Shown here piece after piece: positions 29,710-41,100 of a DNA stretch of 64,000 bases. How positions within the stretch are numbered: the stretch's first letter is position 1; the number at the start of each line of letters is the position of its first letter. The DNA comes from a bacterium (GTDB taxonomy: Bacteria; RBG-13-61-14; DATKZS01). The notes under the pieces were generated by a model. It was not told the DNA's origin. It did not search any database and saw only the letters and a program-made list of their open reading frames with translations. The stretch spans positions 416,001 to 480,000 of the forward strand of contig CAXXFL010000007.1 in assembly GCA_963674965.2 (NCBI GenBank), in the 5' to 3' direction. The position numbers and the translations under genes are program-made.

Positions 29710-31575
29710 CTAATTATTATGGACCAGCTTGAACTCTCCCTCGTGGACGGTGAACAGGTACACGGGTTTTTTCCATTTTCCTCCGGGCTTGACCGTGATG
29801 AGTCCGAGTGCCCCTGGGTAGTCGGCCACGTGATCGAGGGCGGTTTTGAGCTGTTCCCTGTCCCTGACGTGGTAGGTGCCGATGAGGTAGAGGAGCAGGT
29901 CCACGGACTCGTAGGCCTGGGCCTCGATGATGCCGGGCTGGCTTCCGTACTGTCCTTCGAAGTTCCTCGCGAACTGGTTGAACGACGGCCTTCTGGCCTC
30001 GGGGGCAATGCCGTCGGTGAAGAGGGCGCCCTCGATATCGTCGGGCTGGGTCTGCTCGAGGAGTTCCCGGGAGTGCCAGGCGTTGATGCCCAAAAGGGTG
30101 ATCCCCTCCACCTTGTGGTACCTGATTTGGGGCGCGATCATGGCGACCTTCCTGGCCGAGTCGGGAATGAACACGGCGCCGACGCCCTTGCCCTTGAGGG
30201 ACCTGATTTCGTTTTTAAAGTCGGTGGTATCGGGTGCGTAGCTTTCCGAGGCCTTGAGGAAGCCGCCCTTTTTGGAAATTTCCTCGGTGAAAAGGAAGTA
30301 ATAGCCCGCGCCGTAGCGGTCGTTGGGATACATGACGGCGAAGTCCTTGATGCCCCGGTCCCCGGCCGCGTAATCGACCAGGGCCTCGATCTGTTCCTCC
30401 CGGGAGAGGCAGTTCTGATAGACCATGGACCCGACGTCGGTCACGTCCTCGTCCGGGCTCAGCACGACGATGGGCACGCCCAGTTCCTGGGCCTTCACGG
30501 CCGCGCCCTTGGCCATCGATGACCGAAGGGGACCCACGATGGCGATGACGTGCTCCTCGCTTACAAGCTGCTCGACCAACTCTTCGGCCGTGCCCTTCCC
30601 GCTTTCCAGATCTCTAATGATAAGCTCGGCCGACAAAAGGGGAGCTTGCTTGTTAAAGACGCCCGCGGCCATCATCATGCCCTGGAGGGTCCTTTCCCCG
30701 AGGGCGGCGTAGCTTCCGGAAAGAGGCAGGAGCACGCCTATGCGGTTGGGTTTGATCTTGCTCCATTTTTCCACCTGGGACTTGAGCGTGGCGAGGCCGG
30801 CCAAATAGGATGAGTCGGGATACCCGCCCTCGAGCGTCGCGATGAGGTCCTTGGCCTCCTCGAGCCGGTCCGCGTCGGCGGCGCGCTGGATAAGCTCCAT
30901 GAGTACCAGGTCTCCCGGGAACTGGGATGTAAACATTGACGCCAGTTCCGCGAGTCCCTCGTCGGAGATATCTTTTACCGTCGTCTCGGCCCTTTGTTTG
31001 GCCTTGTCCCTGAACTCGGGGTCGCGGCCGTCGCGGTATTCCTCGCCGAACAGTATAAGAGCGCCCTCGAGGTCGCCGTCCTCGCGGGAACACTCGGCCA
31101 TGAGGCTGGTCATCTGGTCCCATCGGTTTCCCTCGGCGTAAGGCCGGTGTTCGTTGATAAGGGACTCGACTTTTCGGCAGTCCTTTTCCTGGTAGGCGAT
31201 AAGGCAAAGCCCCCAGGCGGCGTCGGCTTCGTAAGGAGTTCGGGGGTACGATTGAATTACCTGGTTGAATGTCTCCTCGGCCCGGGCGCCGTCGCCATAG
31301 GCGTAATAGGCGGCCCCCAGTTCGACCATGATCTCGGGTTTTCTTTCCGATCGTGGAAACTCCTCGATGAGGGACTCGTATATGGAGGCCGCCTCCTGGT
31401 GGTTTCCCTCCGATGAGAGCCTCTGGGCCCTTTGCATGTCCATGGCAATGGCCTGGTCCACGGAAACCCGAACGCCGTTTCTTATGACGGTGCGCTGGCA
31501 CACGGAGCCGCCGAGAAAAACCATGGCCGCGGCCGCTATGAAAATGGAGATAAAGCTTGATTTGATACGCGCCAT
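29710..31575 (-). CDS. TPR plus periplasmic-binding-fold protein (LpoA/LppC-like PBP activator)
   Basis: Signal/lipoprotein-like N-terminus, BamD-like TPRs, IGVLLPLSGSYA, IVGPL, AVFIPD, GALFTDG. Confidence 0.75.
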   Translation of the reverse strand: MARIKSSFISIFIAAAAMVFLGGSVCQRTVIRNGVRVSVDQAIAMDMQRAQRLSSEGNHQEAASIYESLIEEFPRSERKPEIMVELGAAYYAYGDGARAEETFNQVIQSYPRTPYEADAAWGLCLIAYQEKDCRKVESLINEHRPYAEGNRWDQMTSLMAECSREDGDLEGALILFGEEYRDGRDPEFRDKAKQRAETTVKDISDEGLAELASMFTSQFPGDLVLMELIQRAADADRLEEAKDLIATLEGGYPDSSYLAGLATLKSQVEKWSKIKPNRIGVLLPLSGSYAALGERTLQGMMMAAGVFNKQAPLLSAELIIRDLESGKGTAEELVEQLVSEEHVIAIVGPLRSSMAKGAAVKAQELGVPIVVLSPDEDVTDVGSMVYQNCLSREEQIEALVDYAAGDRGIKDFAVMYPNDRYGAGYYFLFTEEISKKGGFLKASESYAPDTTDFKNEIRSLKGKGVGAVFIPDSARKVAMIAPQIRYHKVEGITLLGINAWHSRELLEQTQPDDIEGALFTDGIAPEARRPSFNQFARNFEGQYGSQPGIIEAQAYESVDLLLYLIGTYHVRDREQLKTALDHVADYPGALGLITVKPGGKWKKPVYLFTVHEGEFKLVHNN

Positions 31576-31717
31576 TTTTCTCCTCCCTGGAGGTATTATA
31601 CATCGGTAGTCGGGCTATTTAAAGGTTGTTTCAGCTTGTTTTTTCTTCCATGGATTTCTTCGACGTCCCCGTTTTCCTTACCGATAGGTTTAACCGTTTT
31701 GCTTACCGCTTGCTAAA

Positions 31718-31756
31718 GTGACAATTTTTGTCACCAATTTGTACAAATTACGTCAC
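31718..31756. promoter_or_regulatory. Palindromic enhancer-binding-protein site (PilR-like) upstream of pilA
   Basis: GTGACA-N5-TGTCAC at 31718-31734 plus a degenerate second site, about 100 nt before the sigma54 motif. Confidence 0.55.
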
Positions 31757-31828
31757 CGGCGAGAAAAATTCTTGAGTATTGAAATTAAAAATCTTTGCCC
31801 TTTAGGATACTTAAGCCGTCACCATCTT

Positions 31829-31845
31829 TAGGCGCCATAATTGCA
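31829..31845 (+). promoter_or_regulatory. Sigma54 (-24/-12) promoter of pilA
   Basis: taGGcgccataattGCa (GG-N10-GC with TTGCA), 35 nt before the ATG; pilA genes are typically RpoN/PilR controlled. Confidence 0.65.
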
Positions 31846-31879
31846 GAACTAATGGTTATTCCATTACGGGAGGATTAAA

Positions 31880-32383
31880 ATGGCCGTTAACCATGCCAAG
31901 GCAAAAGGGTTTACTCTGATTGAGCTTATGATCGTCGTTGCTATCATCGGCATCCTGAGCGCCATCGCTATTCCCGATTTCATGAAATTCACGGCCAAGT
32001 CCAAGCAGGCCGAGGCCAGAATGAACCTGGGCGAGATATATATTTGCCAGATTTCCTACTTTTCCATAGCCGGGACCTTTGCCGGTTCCGACAACGCGGA
32101 CGGCGATGACGCCTTCGAGCAAATCGGTTATGAGCCGAAAAGCCAACAAAACCTGAGGTACACATACCTGCTTGACGACGCTCTTCTCGAGGCCCCTCAT
32201 CCTCCCGCTTCACTGCCCGGCACTCTCCAGTCAACCAGCACGGGGTTCACGGCCATAGCGGCGGGCAATATAGACAATGATCCCTATGTTGACGTCTGGG
32301 CCATCAACGACGCCAGGGACTTGCAAAACCGAATCCCTTCCGCCGACTCCTGGGGAGACTACGCTTCCGACGTTGAGAATTGA
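31880..32383 (+). CDS. pilA: Type IV pilin
   Basis: [26 protein letters not shown] prepilin motif; [10 protein letters not shown] and AAGNIDND as in myxobacterial/deltaproteobacterial PilA. Confidence 0.9.
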   Translation: MAVNHAKAKGFTLIELMIVVAIIGILSAIAIPDFMKFTAKSKQAEARMNLGEIYICQISYFSIAGTFAGSDNADGDDAFEQIGYEPKSQQNLRYTYLLDDALLEAPHPPASLPGTLQSTSTGFTAIAAGNIDNDPYVDVWAINDARDLQNRIPSADSWGDYASDVEN

Positions 32384-32644
32384 CGCCCCCCCTTTATTAA
32401 AGTATCGTCGGCGCTTGCAACCGCGAAAATATTTTGCTGGGAGATAATTCCTTCCGCTTCGGAACGGGCCTTGTCTTCCCGCTTGCCGAAGGAATATGGA
32501 TATTTCCCCTTGACGAATACGCCCTGTTTTATCCCACAAATGTGTCCTTGATCTTTCCCGGCTTTGGATATACTTGAATTATGCAATTACGGCTTGAGAG
32601 TTCCAAATATTTTTGATATCTTGGGCGCTCCCGGATAAACGGCC

Positions 32645-34789
32645 ATGAAGGCGTCCAACAACACAAGATACGACCTGCCCAGCTCGAGGATTCTTATCAG
32701 GACCCTGCGCCGGGTGGAGAAACGTTTCACCGAAATCGTGGGAGACGACCGCGAAAGCCCGGAGTCGGAGAGCATTTTCGATCAAATCCTTTCCATGGCC
32801 ATGGACCTTTTCGTGGTCAGGCTTTTAGAGGAGACCGGGACCCTGCCGGACAGGTATCTCGTTCATGGCAAGAGAGCGAGAAAACTTACCGCCAACGAGA
32901 GCCATGACCGTCTCGCCGCCTTTAATCAATGGGCGGGCTGGGAAGTGTTCGATCTTGGCCCCTGGCGGGGACCCGGCCCGGGCGACGAGCTTTCCATATT
33001 AGACCATGAAATCCACCTGAACAGGTTCTGGCCCCCGGGCATGACGGCCGAGACCCTAGGCGCTCTCTGGGAGGAACGGTTGCCCTCCCAAAAGCGACAC
33101 GGCGTTTTTTATACTCCCCGCTCCATCGTGGACCATATCGTTACCAACTCTCTTGCCCTTTGGTTTGAGGACGGGCACGCGGGTCCTCCTCATCTGATCG
33201 ATCCAGCCTGTGGAGGCGGCTATTTTTTACTGGCGGCGCTGAGGGAAATCTCCGGCCGCGAGATGAAGGCCATTGGCTCGGGACGGGACCTGTTCTCTCC
33301 CCTTATCGAGTCGCCCAGGGGAGAACTGACCCTTAGCCCGGAAGGGAAAATGGAAATCATCGGGGAATTCATTCACGGCGTGGACATTGACGGCGCGGCC
33401 ATCGAGTTGGCGCGCAAGGCCCTGTTCATCGAGGTGATTTCCGGAGTGGAGGCATTCTCCAGGCCCTCTCCCTCTTTCGCGCCTCTTTTAAAAAACCTGA
33501 AAGTGGGCGACAGCGTTCTCGAGCAAAGTTTTCCCCAGCAGGCCGAACTATTCGCCCTGTCCTCCCCCCCTCCCCTTTCCCCATTCGACTGGCGGGACCG
33601 GGAAAGCGGTTTCGGGGAAATCCTGGAAAATGGAGGTTTTTCCCTGGTAATCGGAAACCCTCCATGGATCAGCCTGAAGGGACGGCGCCGCCAGACTCCC
33701 TATTCCTCTGGAGTTATCAGGCACCTGATCGAGCGATACGACGCCGATACCTATCGGCCCAACATAGTCGAGTTCTTTATAAGAAGATCTCTGGAGGTCC
33801 TCTCGGAGGGAGGGATCAACGGGTTCGTTGTCCCCGACCGGGTGGCCGAGAACGTGCAGTTCGGTCCCCTGCGCGAGTTCATGCTGGAAAAGGGGGAGCT
33901 TGTCAGCCTCCATTTTCGGGAACCCTTCCCCGGGGTGGTCGCGGATACTCTCATCTACGTTTTCCGCAAGCGGACGAAACCCAGGAAATCCTTGAAAATA
34001 AAAATCACCGATCACTGTGGATCAATCAAAACGGCGCCCCAGTCCTTTTGGACCAAAACCGGGGGCCGACCTCCCGTGGAAAAAACGGACGATGAAGTCG
34101 AGAACATCCTCCGGAAAATCGAAACCGCCGGGAGAAGGCAGTTCGCGGATTTCTTCGAGACCGGAGTTGGCTTCATCGCCAAGTCACGGAGAATAACCGA
34201 GGAAAAGGATCACGACCTGCAAAGGCGGGTGATCAAGGGAGAACATATATCGCCCTATTTCAGGACGGGCAACGCCTGGTTCGAGTTCACCCTTACCAAC
34301 CTGGCCGGCGGCACCAGAAACCTGAAAAAACTTGAAAAGCCCGACAGGATACTTCTTCGCAAAACCGGCGCCCGCATCATAGCGGCTCGAGACCAAAGCG
34401 GCTTTTTACCCGAGCAGTCCCTTTACTTCGCCTTTCCCCGGGACAGGAGGCTGGCAAGGGCCTATGATATTAATTATTTTCTCGGCATTCTCAACTCGCG
34501 GGTGATGTCCTTTTACTTCAGGCACAGGAAGATTACCAACCGGGCCTCCACTCCTCAAATTAAAAAAGTCCACCTCGATTCCCTGCCAATAAGGCCCATA
34601 CATTTCAAGGACAGTGAAGCCACGAAACTTTACGAGTCCATGACCGAGGCCGTAGCCAAGAGAAGCGCGCAAAACGCAGAAAACCATGAAAAGCTCGACA
34701 CTTTGATCGATGAGGTGGCCGCCAAGCTCTACGGACTTGGCGAGAAGGACCTAAAGATCATCGAGTCGCACATGAATAAAGGCTGGTAA
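32645..34789 (+). CDS. N6-adenine DNA methyltransferase, gamma class (TaqI/Eco57I-like), with TaqI_C-like target recognition region; no cognate nuclease seen
   Basis: GVFYTP, DPACGGGYFL (motif I), VIGNPPW (motif IV), YFLGILNS. Confidence 0.85.
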   Translation: MKASNNTRYDLPSSRILIRTLRRVEKRFTEIVGDDRESPESESIFDQILSMAMDLFVVRLLEETGTLPDRYLVHGKRARKLTANESHDRLAAFNQWAGWEVFDLGPWRGPGPGDELSILDHEIHLNRFWPPGMTAETLGALWEERLPSQKRHGVFYTPRSIVDHIVTNSLALWFEDGHAGPPHLIDPACGGGYFLLAALREISGREMKAIGSGRDLFSPLIESPRGELTLSPEGKMEIIGEFIHGVDIDGAAIELARKALFIEVISGVEAFSRPSPSFAPLLKNLKVGDSVLEQSFPQQAELFALSSPPPLSPFDWRDRESGFGEILENGGFSLVIGNPPWISLKGRRRQTPYSSGVIRHLIERYDADTYRPNIVEFFIRRSLEVLSEGGINGFVVPDRVAENVQFGPLREFMLEKGELVSLHFREPFPGVVADTLIYVFRKRTKPRKSLKIKITDHCGSIKTAPQSFWTKTGGRPPVEKTDDEVENILRKIETAGRRQFADFFETGVGFIAKSRRITEEKDHDLQRRVIKGEHISPYFRTGNAWFEFTLTNLAGGTRNLKKLEKPDRILLRKTGARIIAARDQSGFLPEQSLYFAFPRDRRLARAYDINYFLGILNSRVMSFYFRHRKITNRASTPQIKKVHLDSLPIRPIHFKDSEATKLYESMTEAVAKRSAQNAENHEKLDTLIDEVAAKLYGLGEKDLKIIESHMNKGW

Positions 34790-35143
34790 GTCCTTTTAAA
34801 TCAATTACATAGACTGTATTTTATCATGGCGTGAAATTTATCGTTATCCCTGATTAACTCCTCCGCCATCGTAATACCAAAAAGGCCATATGGCCTCATG
34901 GCCCGGATTATTTTTCATATTGCGCCGAATCCTTCTTAGGCTTGCCTTATCTTGGAAAGATTATTTGAGAATTTCGTATATTAAAGCATAACGCCATATA
35001 TCGTCCTTGGGTTTGGGGATGGATTAAAACGCGACAAAATGCTATTATCAGTACCGCGCGCGGCAAGTGTTTCTCGTCATAACTTTCATCTTAGCCGCTC
35101 TCGATCAGGGGTATTCGGACATTCTGACCATTTGGGAGACAAG

Positions 35144-38100
35144 ATGATGAAAAGGCTCCGGACGGCTTTCGTACTGGCTATGTTTTTTTTCCTTTTCGGC
35201 CTGACCCAGTCGGCCCTTGCCCAGGATTCCGATGGGGACGGAATCTTCGATTACTGGGAGCGATTGCACCCTTGCCTTGACCCCGAGGTGGACGACTCGA
35301 GCCTTGATCCCGACTCGGACGGCATGACCTCATTGGCCGAATACCAGTACTCGACGCTAATGGATCCGTGCACGGCCGACTCGGACGGAGGTGGCGAGAT
35401 CGACGGGGACGAGGTCGCTGGAAACCGGCACCCCCTGAACCAATGGGACGACTTGACGGTAACATATACCGGCGCCGGCGCGGTGAGCCATTACCAACCT
35501 CTTCGTGAAGATTACCAGGATTCCCGCTCCCAGTACATCTATCCAGCCTCCGTATTCGGGGACTCGGGGACCATAAGGTCCTTCGCCATCTACTTGTCCA
35601 CCGTCCCAGGTTCCACGATCGAGGACTTCACCATCCGCATGAAGCACACCGATAAGCTATCCTACGGCACACAAAGCGAGTGGGAAGGGCCCGACTCGGG
35701 CTGGACCACCGTTTACCACCTGGACACTAAAATATCCTCGACGGGCTGGTATTTCTTCAACTTCTCCACCCCCTTTCAATACAACGGCGAGGACAACGTG
35801 ATGGTGGACTTCAGCTTCTATCAGAACTCCGCCGTTTCCTCCGGTTACTGCCGATATAGCGGTCTCGGTTATTGGTCGATCCTCTACAACCGCAGCAACG
35901 GAGTTTTCGGCGACCCTCTCCTCTTCGAGGGCGATTATCCTCCAATCGACAATAACTATACTTACCGTAGCATGTCCATGGTCAATCTCCAGATATTGAC
36001 TCGAAAAACCGACTCCGACGGGGACTGGCTTCCCGACGCATGGGAAGAGAATTACTCGTGCATGATGGCCTCGACCGCCGACTCGGGCTCGGACTACGAC
36101 TCGGACGGGCTCGACAACGAGGAGGAGTTCAACTTCGCCACCGACCCCTGCAACCCAGACACTGACGGGGGGGGCGAGTCCGACTACGATGAATTCGACA
36201 ACGGCCGCGATCCCCTTAACGAACTGGACGACGTCATTTTCGCCGAGACCGGAACGGGAACGGTCTCCTTCCAGCAGCCCTTGCGCACCGGCTACCACGA
36301 GTCGAGAACGCAGCAGATTTACCTGGCCTCCGAGATCGGTGGGGCCGGGGCCATCAATACCCTCAGCCTAAACGTGTCCGTCGTGCCCGGACAGACGGCG
36401 GAAAACTTCACCATCAGGATGAAGCACACCGACCTTGACCTGTTCTCGACCATAGCCTTCGACGGGCCGGACTCCGGCTGGACCACCGTGTTCCAGGACG
36501 ACGTCAAGGTTTCCTCCACCGGATGGATCCAGTTTGATCTATCAACCCCCTTCATCTATAACGGCACGGATAACCTGATGGTCGACTTCTCCTTTGACAA
36601 CTCCTCCGCCACCACCGACGGCCGGGTATGGTCGTCCTCAGTGGGTTCGATCAGGTCCATCTACTACAGAAGCAACTCCAACGCGTATGGGGACCCGCTT
36701 GACTGGCCCACCGCCTCCTTGCCCACTCCCTATACCTCGACATATCTGAACAACATGAGGATGACCATCGTCAACCCCGGCGACGCGGACTTCGACGGAT
36801 TGACCAACGGGCAGGAAATCCTGATCGGGACCGACCCCTACTATCCCGACACCGACCAGGACGGGATTCGGGACGGATGGGAAAATTCCTATGGCACGGA
36901 TCCCCTCGTTCGCGACTCGAACCAGGACCCCGACGCCGACGGACTGACCAACCTGTCCGAGTACATGGCCGGCACGAGTCCCCAACTTTCCGACTCCGAC
37001 GGCGGCGGCGTGGGCGACTCGGTCGAGATGCGGGGCGGATACGACCCGACCGACTCCCTCGAGGAGTACGCGGGCCGGGAAATTTTACTGGGCGGAACAA
37101 GCTCCGGAAACTGGACGGCCGCTGGAAGAGCGCGAGGCAATAAACTGAGGGTCACCCAGCCGGCGGTGCTGCGCTCCTTTTCCCAATACCTTAGCGTGCC
37201 CGCCGGGTCCGAGATTTACTTCACCATCTACGAGGGAGACACGCTTGACGGCGTCTACGATAAAATCTGGCAGAAAAAATTCACCCCCGAGTCAGGCGGG
37301 GAGGGATGGTACGACTCGGGACCCATCGACGCCCACCTGGACGCGGGCAAGTTCTATTCGATCATGGCCATATGGGGCTCGACCTACTCCGTCACCTACT
37401 ACGGTGGGACCGAATACTCCCTGCCGGGCCTGTCCACCTTCTTCGGCGAAGTCGTCTACGGGGCCTTTTTAAACACCGTGACCATGCCGCCGCCCGACAC
37501 CGAGTCGCCGGGCAATAATACTCCATATTTTTATTACCAGAAACTCAACCTCTGCGAAAAGGGCTGCTACCCGGAAAAGGTCGCCATCTTCAGGGACAGC
37601 ACCGGCTACGGCATGAATGACGCCGCGTTGCTCGATAGCCGCGGAGTCGAGTACGACGTGTATACCAACTCCGGCATAGGAGTTACGGACCTGTCCAAGT
37701 ACGACAAGGTCATCGTCCACGGCTACCAGTCGGAGGCCTTCTACGACAAGCTCGAGGACAACATGTACTGGGTCAACCAGTGGGTGGCCGCCGGAGGCAA
37801 CTTCGATTTCCAGGGCTTCACCTCCACCAACCGCTGGCACTTCATTCACCGGATTCCCACGAACATTTCATCGCCCAACTCGGACCTCGTCTACTCTCCC
37901 CAAATAATGCAGCCCTATCATTCCCTGATGATCGGAGTGTCGCCCAGTTCCATCTCTCCTTATTACGGCCGGGGCAAATTCGGGACCTGGGGCGGAGACC
38001 CCACCCACCTCATCTCCGGGAGCGGAACAAATCCTATTCACGACGTCTTCGACTACGGAGAGGGAAGGACCATCTGCACCACCATTCCCGTAAATTTATC

Positions 38101-41100
38101 CAGCCTGCCCGCCAGGGCCAAAAACATCCTCCGAAATATGACCCTGGCCGAAAAGGACCCGCCCACTTGCGAGGGACTCGACTCCGTGCTGGCCGGAAGC
38201 ACCGCCAACTCGAGCTGGATGTATTACTACAACGTGGGCAACAAGTACTACGTCTCACAGGACTCGGTCCTGGTTTCATTCAGCGGGTTCCTCGACCCCC
38301 AGCCGGGCAAGTTCCTTGACTGCCGCGTCTTCGAGGCCAAAAGCCCCGAGGACGAGTTCGAGGAGGTCTATCAGAGAAAAGTCTACACCGCCGACGGGAC
38401 CGCCGATTGGTACGGGCCCGCCGACATGGAAGTGCATCTCGAGTCCGGCAAGTATTACGCCATGACCTGCGGATGGGGAAACGACGCCACCTATTACTAC
38501 TATGAAACGTCCCCTTCCTTTCCCCTTGAGACTGAATTTGGACAGTTAGAGTACGGGGCCTCCAAGGCTGGGTTCCCTCTGGCGAAGGAAATTAAAATCT
38601 CATCCAGCGCGAAATACATGTTCCGCCAACGCGTCGTCACCCGTCCATCCGACTGCCGAGGACCCGACAAGGACGGAGACTGGATCGAGGACGACGTCGA
38701 GTCCATTCTGTCAACCTCCAGTTCGTCTCCCGATTCCGACGGAGACTACATGCCCGACGGATGGGAAGAGGCCTTTAATCTCGACCCGAAATTCGCCAAT
38801 GGAGACGAGGACGAGGACGGCGACGGACTCACCAACCTGGACGAGTTCGCGTGGGGGACCTACCCCACCGTCAGGGATACCGACCTGGATGGACTCAACG
38901 ACGACGTCGAGGTGCTTCTCGCCCATACTCGGCCCGACAACGCCGACTCCGACGCAGACGGCATGGGCGACTTGAGCGAGTTTATCGAGGGGACCGATCC
39001 GTGGGACGCCGACTCCGACGACGACGAGCTTCCCGACGGGTGGGAATTCGACAACGGACTCGACCCCCTGGTTGACGTCTCCCCCATCCTCGATCCCGAC
39101 GGTGACGGGCTCACCAACTGGCAGGAATATTACTACGGCACCGACCCCCAAAGCGTCGACTCCGACGGCGACGGCATCTCCGACGTGGACGAGATAACCC
39201 TCACCCTCACCATCCCCTGGGACGCCGACTCCGACGGAGACGGCATGGACGACCTGTGGGAGATCGAGAACGGACTCGATCCCCTCTCGGACGACTCCGA
39301 CCAGGACCCCGACTCCGATACCATCTCCAACGCCATGGAGTATTTTCTCCAGACCGATCCCAACGACTACGATATAGACATCGACCATGACGGTCTACTT
39401 AACTCCTTCGAGAACCAGTTCGGCACCGACCAGCAGGACCCCGACACCGACGGCGGACTCGAGTGGGACGGACTCGAGGTCATGGTCGGAAACGACCCCA
39501 ACGACGACTCAGACGACAGGGGATGGCTGCCCGGATCGACCGTTATCGTCTCCGATATCTACGATTTCGACTTCGTCACCGCCCGAACCAAGGGAGGGGA
39601 CATGCACGCCCTGTGGACGCAAAGAGACAACCCCCAGGAGGACAGGTACGGGATATACTACTCCCTCTACGCCGCCGGTTGGTACGCCCCTACCATGCTC
39701 TGCGCCACCACCGTACAAGGACTGGACATGGTGGCCTACGGCTCGACCGTTCACGTCGCCTGGATCAGGAACGGATACGACATGTGGAACGACTCCGTCG
39801 TGTACCAGGCCAGGGACAGGTACGGAGTATGGGGAAGCAGCGTCGAACTGGCCGCCGACTCCCACTACGGAGTTAAGCTCGCCGCCAACAACCTGGGTGA
39901 AGTATACGCCTTCTTCGGGGCCGCCGGAGGAGACACCATGCTCTACAGGGTAAGAAGCTCGGGAGTCTGGGCCCCGGCCGCCGAGGTGCCCCTCGATATT
40001 TACCGGTACTCGAACAACAACCGGGAATTCGCCGTCACCGCCGACGTCTCGGGCAATATCCATATGGCCTATGAACAATTGGATGACGTCCCCCAGACGC
40101 TCTGGTATACAATGTTCGATAGAACGGCCTGGACCGAGCCCGTTAACCTGGCCAACGACATGGCGAACACCGGCGCAGGCAGGCCCAGGATCGTGACCGA
40201 CAAGGACGGGGACCCCCATGTCCTTTACATTGCGGCCGTGTCCGGCGACAACGAGCTCTTCTACAGAAACAGAAAGGACGGAGTCTGGTCGGACAGCGAG
40301 CATATAGACGCCTTCGCCGTCGCCGGCGCCTACGATCTGGGCCTGGACTACTACCAGAACCTGTATATCGCGTCCTTCAGCAAGTTCACCGCCATGGCCG
40401 GGTTCGGCATGGTCGGGCCAATAAAATACCTGCCAAGCTCATGGAACAGGGCCAATAAGTTGATAGTGGAACAGGACGTGAACAGGCTTCACCTTTTCTA
40501 CAATAAAACCGTCTCCGGAGATCAGGACGCCCACTACCATACCATCCTGCAATACGAGGACACCGACTCCGATGGACTCAACGACCTCCAGGAGTTCCTC
40601 ATGGGGTCAAACCCCGCCATGAGCGACTCCGACTCCGACGGGCTCGACGATCCCACCGAGTTCCATTACGGCTCCGATCCCAACCTCGCCGATTCCGACG
40701 ACGACGGGATCATCGACGGAGACGAGACGGAGATCGAGATGCCCTTCAACTGCCTCGAGGATGGATGTTCTATTGCGGGATGCACTCTTGGACACTTCGA
40801 CGGACATAATTACCTTGCCTGCAGTGGCCCCCTGATCTGGCAAAACGCCCGGGATTTCTGCCGGGCCTACGGCGGCGACCTTGCCTCCATCGAGTACTAC
40901 GACGAAAAGGAATATCTCGAGGAGATCACCTCAACCACCGCCTGGGTCGGACTCAACGACATGCAAATCGAGAACCGCTTCGAATGGTCCAACGGAAACC
41001 CCTTCGCCTACAAGCCATGGGCATCGAACGAGCCTAACGACTCCGGCTACAATCAGGACTGCGCCTACATCTCGGGAGTCAATGGGGCACTCTACGACTA

